Part shown: in pieces, positions 46,327 through 56,903 of the stretch
Layout of the letters: each line of letters opens with the position of its first letter
Position numbering within the stretch: the first letter of the stretch is position 1
Made by a program: the position numbers and the translations under genes
Notes under the pieces: model-generated
Told to the model about the DNA's origin: nothing
Databases searched by the model: none
What the model saw: only the letters and a program-made list of their open reading frames with translations
Source: Chloroflexota bacterium
GTDB taxonomy: Bacteria; Chloroflexota; Limnocylindria; Limnocylindrales; CSP1-4
Reading direction: 5' to 3'
Assembly: GCA_039933295.1 (NCBI GenBank)
Contig: JBDTOJ010000077.1
Coordinates: forward strand, 9,419 to 73,418
DNA: 64,000 nucleotides

Positions 46327-47004
46327 GTGGCAAGACGCGATCCGCACGTTGTTCTCGGGGTACCGCCCGATGCCTCCCCGGCGACGATCAAGGCCGCGTG
46401 GCGAAAGCTGGCGCGGGTCCATCACCCGGACGTGGCCGGATCCGATGTCGCGGCCGCGCGTGTCGCGACACGCCGCATGGCCGAGATCAACCGGGCGTAT
46501 GAAGAGCTCCAGGTCGGCGGCAAGGGGACGGGAGCGTCGGCCCCCGGAACCACGGATCCGGCGCGGCGGTCCGGCCCGCCTCCGGACCGCCCATCCCGCC
46601 CCGTGACCGGGCGCCTCGACACCTCGGGCACGTTCCGTCCCCGGAACACTCGTTCAGGAGCGCCGGGCTCGCCGCCGGGCCAGGAGCCGTATCGGGGCGA
46701 ACGTCTCGATCGAGAGCCGCCCAGGGCGTCCCAGCCGAACGGCCCCCTCGCGCGTGGCAGGGATCCGGGGTACCGACCAGCACCGATGCCAACGATCGAT
46801 GTCGCCCGGGCGCATCCGATCGACTTCGGCAAATTCCACGGACATACCCTCGGTGAGGTCGCGGCCTTCGAACCGAGCTACATCGACTGGCTCGCGCGGA
46901 CGATTTCGCACGACCCCGAACTCGTCGCCGCGGCCAGGACGCTGCGTGCGGATCTGGACGGCCGTGGCGTGGTGCGTCGCCAGCGACCCGTCCCTTCGCG
47001 CTGA
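46327..47004 (+). CDS. J-domain (DnaJ-like) protein
   Basis: J domain HVVLGVPPDASPATIKAAWRKLARVHHPDV (HPD motif). GTG start at 46327. Pro/Arg-rich linker and a about 70-aa C-terminal domain. Confidence 0.6.
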   Translation: MARRDPHVVLGVPPDASPATIKAAWRKLARVHHPDVAGSDVAAARVATRRMAEINRAYEELQVGGKGTGASAPGTTDPARRSGPPPDRPSRPVTGRLDTSGTFRPRNTRSGAPGSPPGQEPYRGERLDREPPRASQPNGPLARGRDPGYRPAPMPTIDVARAHPIDFGKFHGHTLGEVAAFEPSYIDWLARTISHDPELVAAARTLRADLDGRGVVRRQRPVPSR

Positions 47005-47421
47005 ACATGGACGATCGCCCCTCGCACGGCGCGGGAGGCGATCGATGGGCGGCGAAGGTAGCGACGCGACAGAGCCGCGCGATGATTCCCGCCGGAGTGA
47101 GCGAGACTCGAGCTCGAGGCCGAATGCCAGCCTTGGTTACTCGGCTCGTGACCTTCGATCGTGATCGGTCGGTCTCGACCCTTCGGTCCAGCCTGGCGTT
47201 CGATCGATGATCCGTGGCCGACGCCTCGAGAGTTGCCCGTGGTCGTCGCGCTTCGGCGTGCCAAGACCGTACGGCTCCGAGGGCATCGGTCGCAATGGCC
47301 ACCTTGTCCCGGGGTTGGCCGCACGAAGGTCGATGGCGCCCGCGCACCAGATCCGGGACCTCCGTACCGTTGCAGCCTGCCGTTCCGGGCGGCTCCCGCG
47401 AAGTGGCGGTAGGCTGGGTTC

Positions 47422-48066
47422 GTGCTTCCCAGCCTCCACATCGCGCGTGTTGCGCGTCCGAGCCATGTCCTCGTCGTTGCGCTGCTCGCCATCCTGGTCG
47501 GGGCCTGTTCCGGAGCGCCCGCGGCGACTTTCGATCCGAACGCCCCGTGCGGCACCGATGGCCGGGCAGCTGGCGCGTATCCGGACCTGGAGGCCCGGCT
47601 ACCGACGACGTTTGAAGGTACCGGTCCCGGCACGGTCGACTCGGGCCGCCACTGCTCCGAGGCCGCCCTCGGCTCCCTGATCGTGCACAAGGCGTCGAAC
47701 GTCCAGTTCGCCGGCGCAGTCTGGGATCTGGGCGGGGGAGCCGGGATCTCGAGCGCGATCTTCCGGTTGCCGAGCGCAGATCTTCCGGCAGACTGGATCT
47801 CGGAGTTCTATGACATCGGTGCTCGGACAGCCAAACGTACCGAGAACATCGAGACGAGCTCGCCGATCATCCCGGGTGCGGGTCAGGTGTTCCGCCTCGA
47901 CACCCTCAACGACCTGTCGCTCCAGACCGTGCTCGTCTGGCAGGACGGACCGGTCGTCCGCGTTGTTCTCATCGGTACGCCCGTGTCGCCGAGCGCGACG
48001 CGCGCCCAACACGACGACCTCGTCGCCCGCGCCGCAGCCGCAACTGTCGCGGCCGGCAGCGGCTGA
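47422..48066 (+). CDS. Putative lipoprotein (hypothetical)
   Basis: Signal peptide with lipobox LAILVGAC-S. No recognisable domain. Confidence 0.5.
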   Translation: MLPSLHIARVARPSHVLVVALLAILVGACSGAPAATFDPNAPCGTDGRAAGAYPDLEARLPTTFEGTGPGTVDSGRHCSEAALGSLIVHKASNVQFAGAVWDLGGGAGISSAIFRLPSADLPADWISEFYDIGARTAKRTENIETSSPIIPGAGQVFRLDTLNDLSLQTVLVWQDGPVVRVVLIGTPVSPSATRAQHDDLVARAAAATVAAGSG

Positions 48067-48088
48067 CCCCTGCTAGATTGACCTCGAG

Positions 48089-49864
48089 ATGACTGAGCCG
48101 TCCGAGGACTGGGCACGCCGCCGGGATCAATGGCTGGCCGATCGCCATGATCCAGCGGTCGGACGCGCTCCCGAGCGCCGTCATGGGTTCGTGACGCTCG
48201 GGGACATTCCGCTGTCGGTTCTGTACGGGCCCTGGTCGCTGGAAGCCGGCGAGTCGGGTGGACCGGCGGGCGGGCGAGGACCCACGGAGGTTGATCACCA
48301 CGGCGACCCGCTGGCTTCCGGCCAGTTCGACGCTTTCCAGGCGGATCGCGATATCGGGTTCCCCGGTGAACCACCGTTCACGCGCGGCGTTCACCCGACC
48401 GGCTACCGATCACGGCTGTGGACCATGCGGATGTTCGCCGGGTTCGGTGCGGCCGAGGACACCAACGCGCGATTCCATCAGCTGCTCGCTGCCGGCCAGA
48501 CGGGCCTGTCGATCGCCTACGACATGCCGACGCTTTATGGCTACGACACGGACGACCCCGAGGCGGAGGGCGAGTTCGGGACCTGTGGCGTCGCCGTAAG
48601 CTCCCTCGCGGATATGGAGGTCCTGCTTGCGGGCCTGCCGCTGGACAAGGTCTCGACGTCGATGACGATCAACTCGCCGGCGGCCCCGATCTGGGCGATG
48701 TACATCGTCGCTGCCGAAAAGGCCGGCTATCCGCGCGCGGCCCTCGAGGGCACGACGCAGAACGACATCCTCAAGGAATTCGTGGCCCAGAAGGAATTCC
48801 TGTTTCCGCCCGAGCCATCGATGCGACTGGTCACCGACACGATCGAGTTCGGAACGCTCGAGATGCCGCGCTGGAATACCGTCTCGATTTCCGGCTACCA
48901 CATCCGCGAAGCCGGGTCGACGGCCGTCCAGGAACTGGCCTTCACGATCGCGGACGGCATGGCCTACGTCGAGGCAGCCCTGGTTCGCGGGCTGCGCGTC
49001 GACGACTTCGCTCCGCGCCTGAGCTTCTTCTTCAACTCCCACAGCGATTTCTTCGAGGAGATCGCCAAGTTCCGGGCGAGCCGCCGGATCTGGTGGAAGC
49101 TGATGTCCCAGCGCTACCGGGCGGAGAACGAGCGCTCGACGTGGATGCGTTTCCATACCCAGACGGCCGGCGTATCGCTCACCCCGCAGCAGCCACTCAA
49201 CAATCTGACTCGTGTCGCGACACAGGCACTTGCCGCGGTCCTCGGCGGCACCCAGTCCCTCCACACGGACGCGTATGACGAGGCACTCGCGGTCCCGACT
49301 GCCGCGGCCGCTCTCCTCGCGCTCCGCCAGCAGCAGGTGATCGCCGAGGAAACGGGAGTCGCATCCGTGGTCGACCCGCTCGGCGGTTCATGGTTCGTGG
49401 AATCACTCACGAATGACGTCGAGCGTGAGGTCTGGCGGTACCTCGACGAGATCGACCGGCGCGGCGGGATGGTCGCCGCGATCCGCGAGGGCTATCCGCA
49501 GCGCGAGATTGCCGACGCTGCCTACCGCTTCCAGCGCGAATTTGACGAGGGATCACGCCGGATCGTCGGCGTCAACACCAACGTCGATGCATCGGAGACG
49601 ACTCGGGTGCCGGTGCTCGCCGTTCCGGCCGGCTCATTCGAGCGACACCTGGAACGCCTTGGTCGGACCCGACGAGATCGGGACCCGGCCGCCGTCGAGG
49701 CCGCGCTCCGTGGCCTCAGCGAGGCAGCTGCGCGCCCGGAATCAAGCGATTCCAACCTCATGCCCCACTTCCTTCGCTGCGCCGAGGCCTACGCCACGCT
49801 CGGGGAGCAGTGTTCGGTGCTCCGGGCAGTCTTTGGCGAATATCGCGAGCCGGTCGCGGTCTGA
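48089..49864 (+). CDS. Methylmalonyl-CoA mutase family, catalytic (alpha) subunit without B12-binding domain
   Basis: MCM (beta/alpha)8 substrate-binding domain: [49 protein letters not shown]. It ends before a cobalamin-binding domain. The B12 subunit is encoded at 55050. Confidence 0.85.
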   Translation: MTEPSEDWARRRDQWLADRHDPAVGRAPERRHGFVTLGDIPLSVLYGPWSLEAGESGGPAGGRGPTEVDHHGDPLASGQFDAFQADRDIGFPGEPPFTRGVHPTGYRSRLWTMRMFAGFGAAEDTNARFHQLLAAGQTGLSIAYDMPTLYGYDTDDPEAEGEFGTCGVAVSSLADMEVLLAGLPLDKVSTSMTINSPAAPIWAMYIVAAEKAGYPRAALEGTTQNDILKEFVAQKEFLFPPEPSMRLVTDTIEFGTLEMPRWNTVSISGYHIREAGSTAVQELAFTIADGMAYVEAALVRGLRVDDFAPRLSFFFNSHSDFFEEIAKFRASRRIWWKLMSQRYRAENERSTWMRFHTQTAGVSLTPQQPLNNLTRVATQALAAVLGGTQSLHTDAYDEALAVPTAAAALLALRQQQVIAEETGVASVVDPLGGSWFVESLTNDVEREVWRYLDEIDRRGGMVAAIREGYPQREIADAAYRFQREFDEGSRRIVGVNTNVDASETTRVPVLAVPAGSFERHLERLGRTRRDRDPAAVEAALRGLSEAAARPESSDSNLMPHFLRCAEAYATLGEQCSVLRAVFGEYREPVAV

Positions 49865-49895
49865 GCTACCACCAAGCCGGCCATCGAGGAGTCCC

Positions 49896-50372
49896 ATGTA
49901 CCTCAACGCCCTGGAGTTCCTGGAAGAAGAGCGCGATGCCTGGCGCCCATTCGAGGCGCTCGCCGCGGTCCCGGACGAGCACATGGACGAACCGGTCGAC
50001 GGCGCCCACGGCTGGTCCGCTCGCGATCTCATCGCCCACCTCGTGGCCTGGCAGGGCTGGGCGCTTGCCGTCGCAAAAGACCTTGCGGTCGGCGAATCGA
50101 GTCCTTCGATCGCTCGCCTCGATGCCCTCTGGAATGAGCGCGGCGATGGAATGAACGAGGACATCACGACCGAGTGGCGCGGGCTGTCGCTCGACGAAGT
50201 GCGAAGTCGCATGGCATCGGTTCCTGGGGATCTCCGTGGGCACCTGACCGTCGTGCCAGAGTCGCGCTGGGTCAAGCATCCCGCGAACATCAAGACATTC
50301 ATCGACGAGACGATCGACCACTACGCGGACCACGCGGCCGATCTCGAGGCCATCCTCGGCTCGTTCGAATGA
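49896..50372 (+). CDS. DinB/YfiT-like (ClbS/DfsB-type four-helix) family protein
   Basis: RBS ggag upstream of the ATG at 49896. WSARDLIAHLVAWQGWAL resembles the DinB_2/ClbS family. Confidence 0.45.
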   Translation: MYLNALEFLEEERDAWRPFEALAAVPDEHMDEPVDGAHGWSARDLIAHLVAWQGWALAVAKDLAVGESSPSIARLDALWNERGDGMNEDITTEWRGLSLDEVRSRMASVPGDLRGHLTVVPESRWVKHPANIKTFIDETIDHYADHAADLEAILGSFE

Positions 50373-50794
50373 CCGACCCGAGCCACGAAGAGGGGACGGG
50401 CACCTCGATCGAACTCGTGCCGTTGCTCGAGGAGGTCGCGTCGACGCTGGACGGGGTGACGTCAACCCCGCGAGACAGGGGCTTTGCGTGGGCCGCCGGC
50501 GGCCACTCGATCGTGACAGTTGAGGACGGAACGGCCTCGTTCCGAATCGGGCGCGACATCGGCGCAGCCGCCCGAAACACGCCCGACGCGTCGGCATCTC
50601 CCATGGGACCCGAGTGGGTGGCGTTTCGCCCCGCGGTCCTCGACGGTCATGCCAGGGACCGGATCGTCGCCTGGTTCGGTGCGGCGCATCGACGGGCCGA
50701 CCAGAGCTGACCCCGGACACACAACGACCCCGGCGTGACCGGGGCCGTTGCGGCGGAGGAGCCTTGCATCGAGCGCTTCGCGGCGCTCCGGCGG

Positions 50795-51154
50795 TCAGGC
50801 CTCAGGCGTGACCGCGGGCGTTGCCGCCTTGGTGTACGCATCGAGACCGAACTGGGCCTCGAGCTGCTCGGCCGGCCGGAACCCGACGACGCCCATGGGC
50901 TGCTTGCCGGGCGCGAAGAACGCGACCGTCGGCAGGCTCATGATGTTGAACGCTCGCTGGGTCTGGGGGTTCGCGTCGACATCGACCTTGACCACGTCGA
51001 CGGATCCCTCGTACTTGATCGCCAGCTTCTCGAGCTCGGGTGCCACCATGCGACAAGGTCCGCACCAGGCGGCCCAGAAGTCGACGATGACCGGCTTGTC
51101 GGCCTTGAGAACGAGCTCCTCGAACGTGGCGTCCGTGGCGTGCATCAGCGCCAT
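50795..51154 (-). CDS. trxA: Thioredoxin
   Basis: FWAAWCGPCRMVAP active site, plus MSLPTV (cis-Pro). Confidence 0.9.
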   Translation of the reverse strand: MALMHATDATFEELVLKADKPVIVDFWAAWCGPCRMVAPELEKLAIKYEGSVDVVKVDVDANPQTQRAFNIMSLPTVAFFAPGKQPMGVVGFRPAEQLEAQFGLDAYTKAATPAVTPEA

Positions 51155-51197
51155 CGGTAGTCCTTTCTCCCGCGCGGCGGGTACAACTCGATCGCCG

Positions 51198-51527
51198 TCA
51201 TCGGGCGATCATCTGAATGAGGCGGTACGCCTCGAGGACCCGTGGATCCGCGAGCCGGTAATAGACGGTGCTGCCGTCGCGCCGAGAGGTGACCAACCCA
51301 GCCGACCGAAGGACGGCGAGGTGCTGGCTCATGTTGGGGACCTGGCAACCGACGCGCGTCGAGAGGTCGCTGACCGATACCTCGCCGCCTGCCAGCGATT
51401 CGAGCACGCACAGGCGCTTTGGATCCGCCAGGGCCCGGCCGATGACGGCCGTGCGCTGGTACGCATCCTCGTTCGTGAGCGTGGGTGATGTTGCCATGTC
51501 CCCCAGAGTATTGCAGCGCTTGCGCAA
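51198..51527 (-). CDS. ArsR/SmtB-family transcriptional regulator
   Basis: HTH core: LADPKRLCVLESLAGGEVSVSDLSTRVGCQVPNMSQHLAVLRSAGLV. Confidence 0.8.
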   Translation of the reverse strand: MRKRCNTLGDMATSPTLTNEDAYQRTAVIGRALADPKRLCVLESLAGGEVSVSDLSTRVGCQVPNMSQHLAVLRSAGLVTSRRDGSTVYYRLADPRVLEAYRLIQMIAR

Positions 51528-51551
51528 TTACGCAAGTGATCTCCGTTACAA

Positions 51552-52586
51552 TTGCAGCTCCCGTATCCTCCAGTGGTGGCCACCCTTGACCTCGTCAATC
51601 TTGCAGCCGTCCAGGCCGTGCGGCCGATCGTGGCCGAGCGCGTCCATCGGACGCCGACCCTTACGTCGCTCGCGGCGGGTCGCGTCGTGACTGCGGCGAC
51701 CGGCGCGCGGCTGGCAGGGGACCGCGTCTACCTGAAGGCGGAACATCTCCAGAAGACCGGCTCGTTCAAGGCGCGCGGGATGACGGCTCGGGTCGCTCGA
51801 CTGACGCCTGACGAGCGGCGTCGCGGGATCATCACGGTCTCCGCCGGGAATGCCGCTCAGGGATATGCGTTTGCCGGTGCCGCGCTCGGCGTACCCGTGA
51901 CGGTCGTGATGCCTGCTGCCGCAAACCCATCGAAGGCCGCCGCCGCGGCCGGATACGGCGCACGGGTCGTCCTCGAGGGCGACGACGTCGGACGCACATT
52001 CGACGCGATGGAGCGTATTCGGGCCGAGGAGGGTCTGGTCTTCTGCCACCCGTTCGACGATCCGGATGTCATCGCGGGCCATGGATCTGCCGGTCTGGAG
52101 CTCGTCGAGGATTTGCCCGAGGTCGATGTCGTGGTCGTCGGGATCGGCGGCGGCGGACTGATCGCAGGGATCGCGGCCGCCGTGAAGGGCGTGCGCCCCT
52201 CGGCCCGGATCTACGGCGTCGAGCCGACCGGAAGTGACGCCATGAGTCAGGGGCTGGCAGCAGGCTCGCCCGTTCCGATCACGCCGGTGAGCGTCGCCGA
52301 TGGCCTCAACGCACCGTTTGCCGGCGTCCTCCCGCTGGCGATGATCAGCGTGCTGGTCGAGGACGTGATCCTCATCGATGACGAGCTCATCCTTGGCGGC
52401 CTGCGCTTCGCGCTCGAGCGGATGAAGCAGGTCCTCGAACCGGCCGGTGCCGCGGCGCTGGCAGCAACACTGGCCGGCCGCGTTCCGATTCGAGCCGGTG
52501 AAACGGTCGCGGTCGTCCTGTCGGGCGGCAACATCCAGGTCGATCGTCTCGGCGAGTTGATCGCGAGGGCCGACCAGCTCGGTTGA
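51552..52586 (+). CDS. PLP-dependent threonine / serine dehydratase
   Basis: PLP lysine EHLQKTGSFKARG, SAGNAAQGYA, VGIGGGGLIAG. Confidence 0.8.
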   Translation: MQLPYPPVVATLDLVNLAAVQAVRPIVAERVHRTPTLTSLAAGRVVTAATGARLAGDRVYLKAEHLQKTGSFKARGMTARVARLTPDERRRGIITVSAGNAAQGYAFAGAALGVPVTVVMPAAANPSKAAAAAGYGARVVLEGDDVGRTFDAMERIRAEEGLVFCHPFDDPDVIAGHGSAGLELVEDLPEVDVVVVGIGGGGLIAGIAAAVKGVRPSARIYGVEPTGSDAMSQGLAAGSPVPITPVSVADGLNAPFAGVLPLAMISVLVEDVILIDDELILGGLRFALERMKQVLEPAGAAALAATLAGRVPIRAGETVAVVLSGGNIQVDRLGELIARADQLG

Positions 52587-52672
52587 GCGTGAGGCGGACT
52601 CGAGCGCGAGGCGGACGCGGGCGCGCCTGACCTGTGCGTCCGGTTCCGCGGGCGAGCGGGCAGGCGGCGCCC

Positions 52673-53077
52673 TCAGCCGATGCCCAGCTCCTCGAGCCGG
52701 TCATCATCGATCCCCATGTGGTGGGCGAGTTCGTGGATGACGGTGATCCGGACCTCGTCGGCGAGAGCGTCCGCGTCTGGGAAGTCCTCCTGGAGCGGCA
52801 TCCGGAACAGCGTGATCCGGTTCGGGACCATCAGCCAATCGGCCTGAAACTCGGTTCTCGGTACTCCTTCGTACAGACCGTACAGGTCGTCGTCGAGCGA
52901 CAGGCCGTTGTCGAGCAATTGATCGTCGCTCGGCCAGTCGTCGATGACGATCGCTACTTCGGAGAGGGCCTCATGGAAGGGCGACGGGATGGTAGCAATC
53001 GCCCGATCCACGAGATCGGCAAAGCCGTCGGCCGACGGTTCGGCGGGGCGGCGGGAGCCTCGGGGGCGTTTCGACAT
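52673..53077 (-). CDS. Small Zn-metallopeptidase-family protein (HExxH)
   Basis: HELAHHMG zinc motif. RBS ggagga upstream of the ATG at 53077. The longer Arg-rich N-terminal extension to 53170 was rejected. Confidence 0.55.
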   Translation of the reverse strand: MSKRPRGSRRPAEPSADGFADLVDRAIATIPSPFHEALSEVAIVIDDWPSDDQLLDNGLSLDDDLYGLYEGVPRTEFQADWLMVPNRITLFRMPLQEDFPDADALADEVRITVIHELAHHMGIDDDRLEELGIG

Positions 53078-53159
53078 GCTCCTCCCATCGTAGCCGGGGC
53101 GCGGCCGACGGCGACGGCCCCGATTACGCCGCCGATCCCGCCGACCGCGAGCGGGTAGG

Positions 53160-54290
53160 ATGCCGACCATGAAAGCCGTGTATACGTCCGCGCATCTGGG
53201 TCACGACGTGACCCATGAAACGTATCTGGGGATCGCGATCGCGGCCAACGAGGTCACGGAGCGGGCCGAGAACATTCGTCGCTCCCTCGAGACCGATGGC
53301 GGGTTCGAGCTGGTTGGGCCGACCGAACACGGACTGGACCCGATCCTGGCCGTTCACGATCCTGGCCTCGTGCGGTTCGTCGAGACCGCCTGGGCGGACG
53401 CTCGAGATCAGAAGATTGATCGGTCGTTCCTCGTCGCCGACACGTATCCCGTTCGCGCGATGTTCGAGGGCATGAGCGACGAAGCCCTGGCTCGCCTCCG
53501 CGAACCGGCGGCGATCGGTGGGCGCACGGGCTGGTATGGGCTGGATAGCAGCAATCCGCTGGTCGATGGCACGTGGGGCGCCGCGCGAGGCGCCGTTGAC
53601 GTGGCTCTTACCGCGGTGGACCTCGTCCTCGATGGCGGTGAGCAGGCCGTCTATGGGTTGTGCCGGCCGCCCGGCCATCACGCGGCTCGAGCGATGGCCG
53701 GTGGCTACTGCTTCTTCAACAACGCGGCAATCGCCGCCGATTCGATCGTCCGCCAGACCGGCGAGCGCGTCGCGATCCTGGACGTCGATGTCCACCACGG
53801 CAATGGAACGCAACAGATCTTCTGGCGCCGGGGTGATGTCCTGTACGCCTCGATCCACGCCGATCCGGCGCACCTCTATCCGTTCTTCCTCGGCTATGCG
53901 GACGAGACGGGCGAGGGGTCGGGCGCGGGGTCGAATTTCAATCAGCCTCTTCCGGCCGGCACCGGCGACGAGCCCTATCTCGAGGCGATCGACCGTGCCC
54001 TCGAAGCCATCGATGAGACCCCCGGCGATGTGCTGGTCGTCTCCCTCGGGTTTGACACCTATCGCGAAGACCCGATCGGCACGTTCGCCCTGACGACCCC
54101 TGCGTATCACGAGATCGGCCGACGAGTCGCAAACCTCGGGCGGCGGCTCGTGGTCCTCCAGGAGGGCGGGTATCACCGGGCTTCGCTCGGTGAGAATGCC
54201 CGCGCCTGGCTGCGCGGAGCCGACGGACGGTCGTACGATCCGGGAACCGGCTCGGGCCAGGCGGCTACCGGCATGAGGAGCGCGGAATGA
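53160..54290 (+). CDS. Histone-deacetylase-family amidohydrolase (AcuC/AphA-like)
   Basis: HDAC fold: [34 protein letters not shown]. Confidence 0.8.
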   Translation: MPTMKAVYTSAHLGHDVTHETYLGIAIAANEVTERAENIRRSLETDGGFELVGPTEHGLDPILAVHDPGLVRFVETAWADARDQKIDRSFLVADTYPVRAMFEGMSDEALARLREPAAIGGRTGWYGLDSSNPLVDGTWGAARGAVDVALTAVDLVLDGGEQAVYGLCRPPGHHAARAMAGGYCFFNNAAIAADSIVRQTGERVAILDVDVHHGNGTQQIFWRRGDVLYASIHADPAHLYPFFLGYADETGEGSGAGSNFNQPLPAGTGDEPYLEAIDRALEAIDETPGDVLVVSLGFDTYREDPIGTFALTTPAYHEIGRRVANLGRRLVVLQEGGYHRASLGENARAWLRGADGRSYDPGTGSGQAATGMRSAE

Positions 54291-55021
54291 CCAGGAACTT
54301 GCCGGATGCGGTACGCAAGCTCGTTGCCGAGATCGAGACGGAGATCGGCGAATCGGACGAAGCCGCCCTGGCCGCCCCGATCGAAGGCTCCGTCTCGCGG
54401 CCCGGTTCCGGGAACGGGTCGGCCGTCCATTTGAGCGACCGCATCGAGGGCGGGGCCGATCGGGTCGAGGAAGCGGTTCGGGACATCCTCCTCGAGATCG
54501 GTGAGGACCCGACGCGCGACGGGTTGCGCGGCACGCCGGACCGCGTCCATCGGATGTACGCCGAGCTGACCGCGGGCTACCACGTCGATCCGGATCGGCT
54601 GGTCAACGGGGCGATCTTCGATGTCGACTACTCGGAGATGGTCGTCGTCAAGGACATTCCGTTCTACTCGCTATGCGAGCACCATCTGCTGCCGTTCTTC
54701 GGAACCGCGGCGGTTGCGTACATCCCGCGCGGCCGGGTGATCGGGCTGTCCAAGATCCCGCGAATCGTGGAGATGTTCGCGCGCCGCCTGCAGATCCAGG
54801 AGCGGATGACGCAGGAGATCGCGGACTTCCTCAACGCGCGCCTTGATCCGCAGGGCGTCGGCGTCGTTGTTGAGGCGAATCACCTGTGCGCGGTGATGCG
54901 CGGCATCCGGAAGCCGGGAACGGTGATGACGACCTCGGCCGTTCTCGGCCTGTTCCGTTCCCGCGACCGGACCCGCGCCGAGTTCTTCAGTCATCTCGAT
55001 CGTCGGCCGCCGACGCCGTGA
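54287..55021 (+). CDS. folE: GTP cyclohydrolase I with about 55-aa N-terminal extension
   Basis: FolE core: [51 protein letters not shown]. The ATG overlaps the HDAC stop (ATGA). Confidence 0.85.
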   Translation: MTRNLPDAVRKLVAEIETEIGESDEAALAAPIEGSVSRPGSGNGSAVHLSDRIEGGADRVEEAVRDILLEIGEDPTRDGLRGTPDRVHRMYAELTAGYHVDPDRLVNGAIFDVDYSEMVVVKDIPFYSLCEHHLLPFFGTAAVAYIPRGRVIGLSKIPRIVEMFARRLQIQERMTQEIADFLNARLDPQGVGVVVEANHLCAVMRGIRKPGTVMTTSAVLGLFRSRDRTRAEFFSHLDRRPPTP

Positions 55022-55049
55022 GCCACCTGCCGACGCCTACAATCGCGCC

Positions 55050-55454
55050 ATGACGGACGCACCGATCAAGGTCCTTATCGCCAAACCCGGGCTCGACGGC
55101 CACGACCGCGGAGCCAAAGTCCTCGCGCGCGGCCTGCGGGACGAGGGATTCGAGGTCGTCTACACCGGCCTGCGCCAGACGCCCGAGATGGTCGCGACCG
55201 CGGCCCTCCAGGAAGACGTCGACGTCGTGGGCCTGTCCATCCTTTCCGGCGCGCATATGACCCTCGTCCCGCGAATCACCAAGATCCTTCGCGAAAGCGG
55301 CCTTGACGACGTCATGGTGGTGCTCGGCGGGATCATCCCGGACGATGACGCCGTTGCGTTGCGCGAACTTGGGGTATCCGGGATCTTCGGGCCGGGGACC
55401 ACCATCGCCGAGGTCGCCGACTTTCTGCGCGCGAACGTTCGCGCCCGCGACTGA
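55050..55454 (+). CDS. Methylmalonyl-CoA mutase cobalamin-binding (small) subunit
   Basis: B12-binding domain: [32 protein letters not shown] (DxHxxG). Confidence 0.85.
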   Translation: MTDAPIKVLIAKPGLDGHDRGAKVLARGLRDEGFEVVYTGLRQTPEMVATAALQEDVDVVGLSILSGAHMTLVPRITKILRESGLDDVMVVLGGIIPDDDAVALRELGVSGIFGPGTTIAEVADFLRANVRARD

Positions 55455-56528
55455 GTGGGCACGCACGGCGTGCCGCCGACGGACCCCATGGACACGGTGG
55501 CACGTGCCCGCGACTTCACGGACGCTGCGACCACGGGCGATCGACGGGCGCTGGCCCGGCTCCTGACCGCGGTCGAGAATCGGACTCCGCTTGCAGAGGC
55601 GGCCATGCGCGTCCTCTATCCGCTGGCGGGCAAGGCCCATGTCGTCGGCATCACCGGAGCGCCGGGCGCGGGTAAGTCCACGCTCGTAGCCGCGTTGATC
55701 GCCCAAGCCCGCGCTGGCGGCCGGGTCGTCGGCGTCGTGGCCGTCGACCCATCGAGTCCCATCACCGGCGGGGCGTTGCTCGGCGACCGGGTGCGGATGC
55801 AGGCATATGCGTCCGATCCCGATGTGTTCATCCGTTCGATGGCATCCCGCGGCCATGCCGGCGGCCTGGCATCGACCTCTGCTGCCGCCGCGGCGGTGAT
55901 GGATGCGTGTGGCTTCGATCTCGTCCTGCTCGAGACGGTTGGGACGGGCCAGAGCGAGGTCGAGGTGGCCGCGGCGGCCGACACCACCGTCGTGCTCGAG
56001 GCGCCCGAGATGGGTGACGAGGTCCAGGCGATCAAGGCGGGATTGCTCGAGGTCGCCGACATCGTCGTCGTGAATAAGGGCGATCGTCCGGGGGCGCAAC
56101 GGACCGCCTCGCAACTTCGAGCGATGCTCGTTGCCGTGGCGCGCGTGGGTGCGGCCGACAAGGCGCATCACGGCGAGGACGGGGGATCGACGGCCACCTC
56201 TTCGCGCGTGCATCCGGCCCCAGCTCCGCGCCCGCGACCGAAGCAGCCCGAGGTCTTGATTACCACTGCAACGACCGGCCAGGGCATCCCGGAGCTCCTC
56301 GCGGCACTTGATCGCCATCGGACTGTCGGGCGTTCCGACCCAGGGTCCGCTGCGCGCCTCGCGCGTGCCCATGCGCAGGTCTGGGCGATCCTGTCGGATC
56401 GGATTCGAGCGTCGCTCAACGAACCGGATCGGCGCGAGGCTACGGAGGCGGTGCTGCGCCGGGTCGCGGAGCATGAACTGGACCCGTTCGCCGCGGTGGA
56501 TCGGCTGCTCGCGTCGCTGAGGGATTGA
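55455..56528 (+). CDS. meaB: Methylmalonyl-CoA-mutase-associated GTPase MeaB/ArgK
   Basis: GITGAPGAGKST (P-loop), LLETVGTGQSE, VNKGD. The start abuts the B12-subunit stop. Confidence 0.85.
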   Translation: MGTHGVPPTDPMDTVARARDFTDAATTGDRRALARLLTAVENRTPLAEAAMRVLYPLAGKAHVVGITGAPGAGKSTLVAALIAQARAGGRVVGVVAVDPSSPITGGALLGDRVRMQAYASDPDVFIRSMASRGHAGGLASTSAAAAAVMDACGFDLVLLETVGTGQSEVEVAAAADTTVVLEAPEMGDEVQAIKAGLLEVADIVVVNKGDRPGAQRTASQLRAMLVAVARVGAADKAHHGEDGGSTATSSRVHPAPAPRPRPKQPEVLITTATTGQGIPELLAALDRHRTVGRSDPGSAARLARAHAQVWAILSDRIRASLNEPDRREATEAVLRRVAEHELDPFAAVDRLLASLRD

Positions 56529-56538
56529 ACCGCGACGC

Positions 56539-56760
56539 GCTATCTGCGTCCCCGCTATCTGCGTCCCCGCTGGCCGCCGTATTCCAAGAAGGCTTGGCGG
56601 ACGGCACATGCGATGGAATTCGGGCCTCTGAGTGGTCTGAAGCCACGAAATATGCCAAGTAGGCATGCGGTGCTGTCCTGGAAGGCATCGACGACTGCAA
56701 TTGCTCGGCCGACGCGCCGTTCCAGCATGGTTTGCCGTTCCGTAGTTCTTCTTGGAATAG
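56539..56760. repeat. Low-GC intergenic element with a 15-nt direct repeat and 12-nt inverted repeats
   Basis: Direct repeat gctatctgcgtcccc at 56539..56553 and again at 56554..56568. Inverted repeat attccaagaag (56581..56591) paired with cttcttggaat (56749..56759). Lower GC than the flanks. Sits between meaB and hbd. Confidence 0.4.
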
Positions 56761-56903
56761 GATGTGAAGTCCTGGTACGGGAGAGGGCCCGGACGCCTGG
56801 GGGCCAGGAACGCACCCAGTGCCTTCGTGCCACCAGGGGCTCGCACGACCCGCGCCCTCGCCTCGCACCCACCGCCGGAGGCGGCCGCAGGTAGACTCAT
56901 CGC

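Noticed and set aside
48089-49864. B12 riboswitch upstream of the mutase gene
   Set aside because: Only about 20 nt separate it from the upstream lipoprotein gene. There is no room for a cobalamin riboswitch, and no B12-box consensus was seen.
56613-56894. 93-aa ORF inside the low-GC intergenic island
   Set aside because: Atypical codon usage and composition, no RBS, and an Arg-rich tail. The region is better explained as non-coding.
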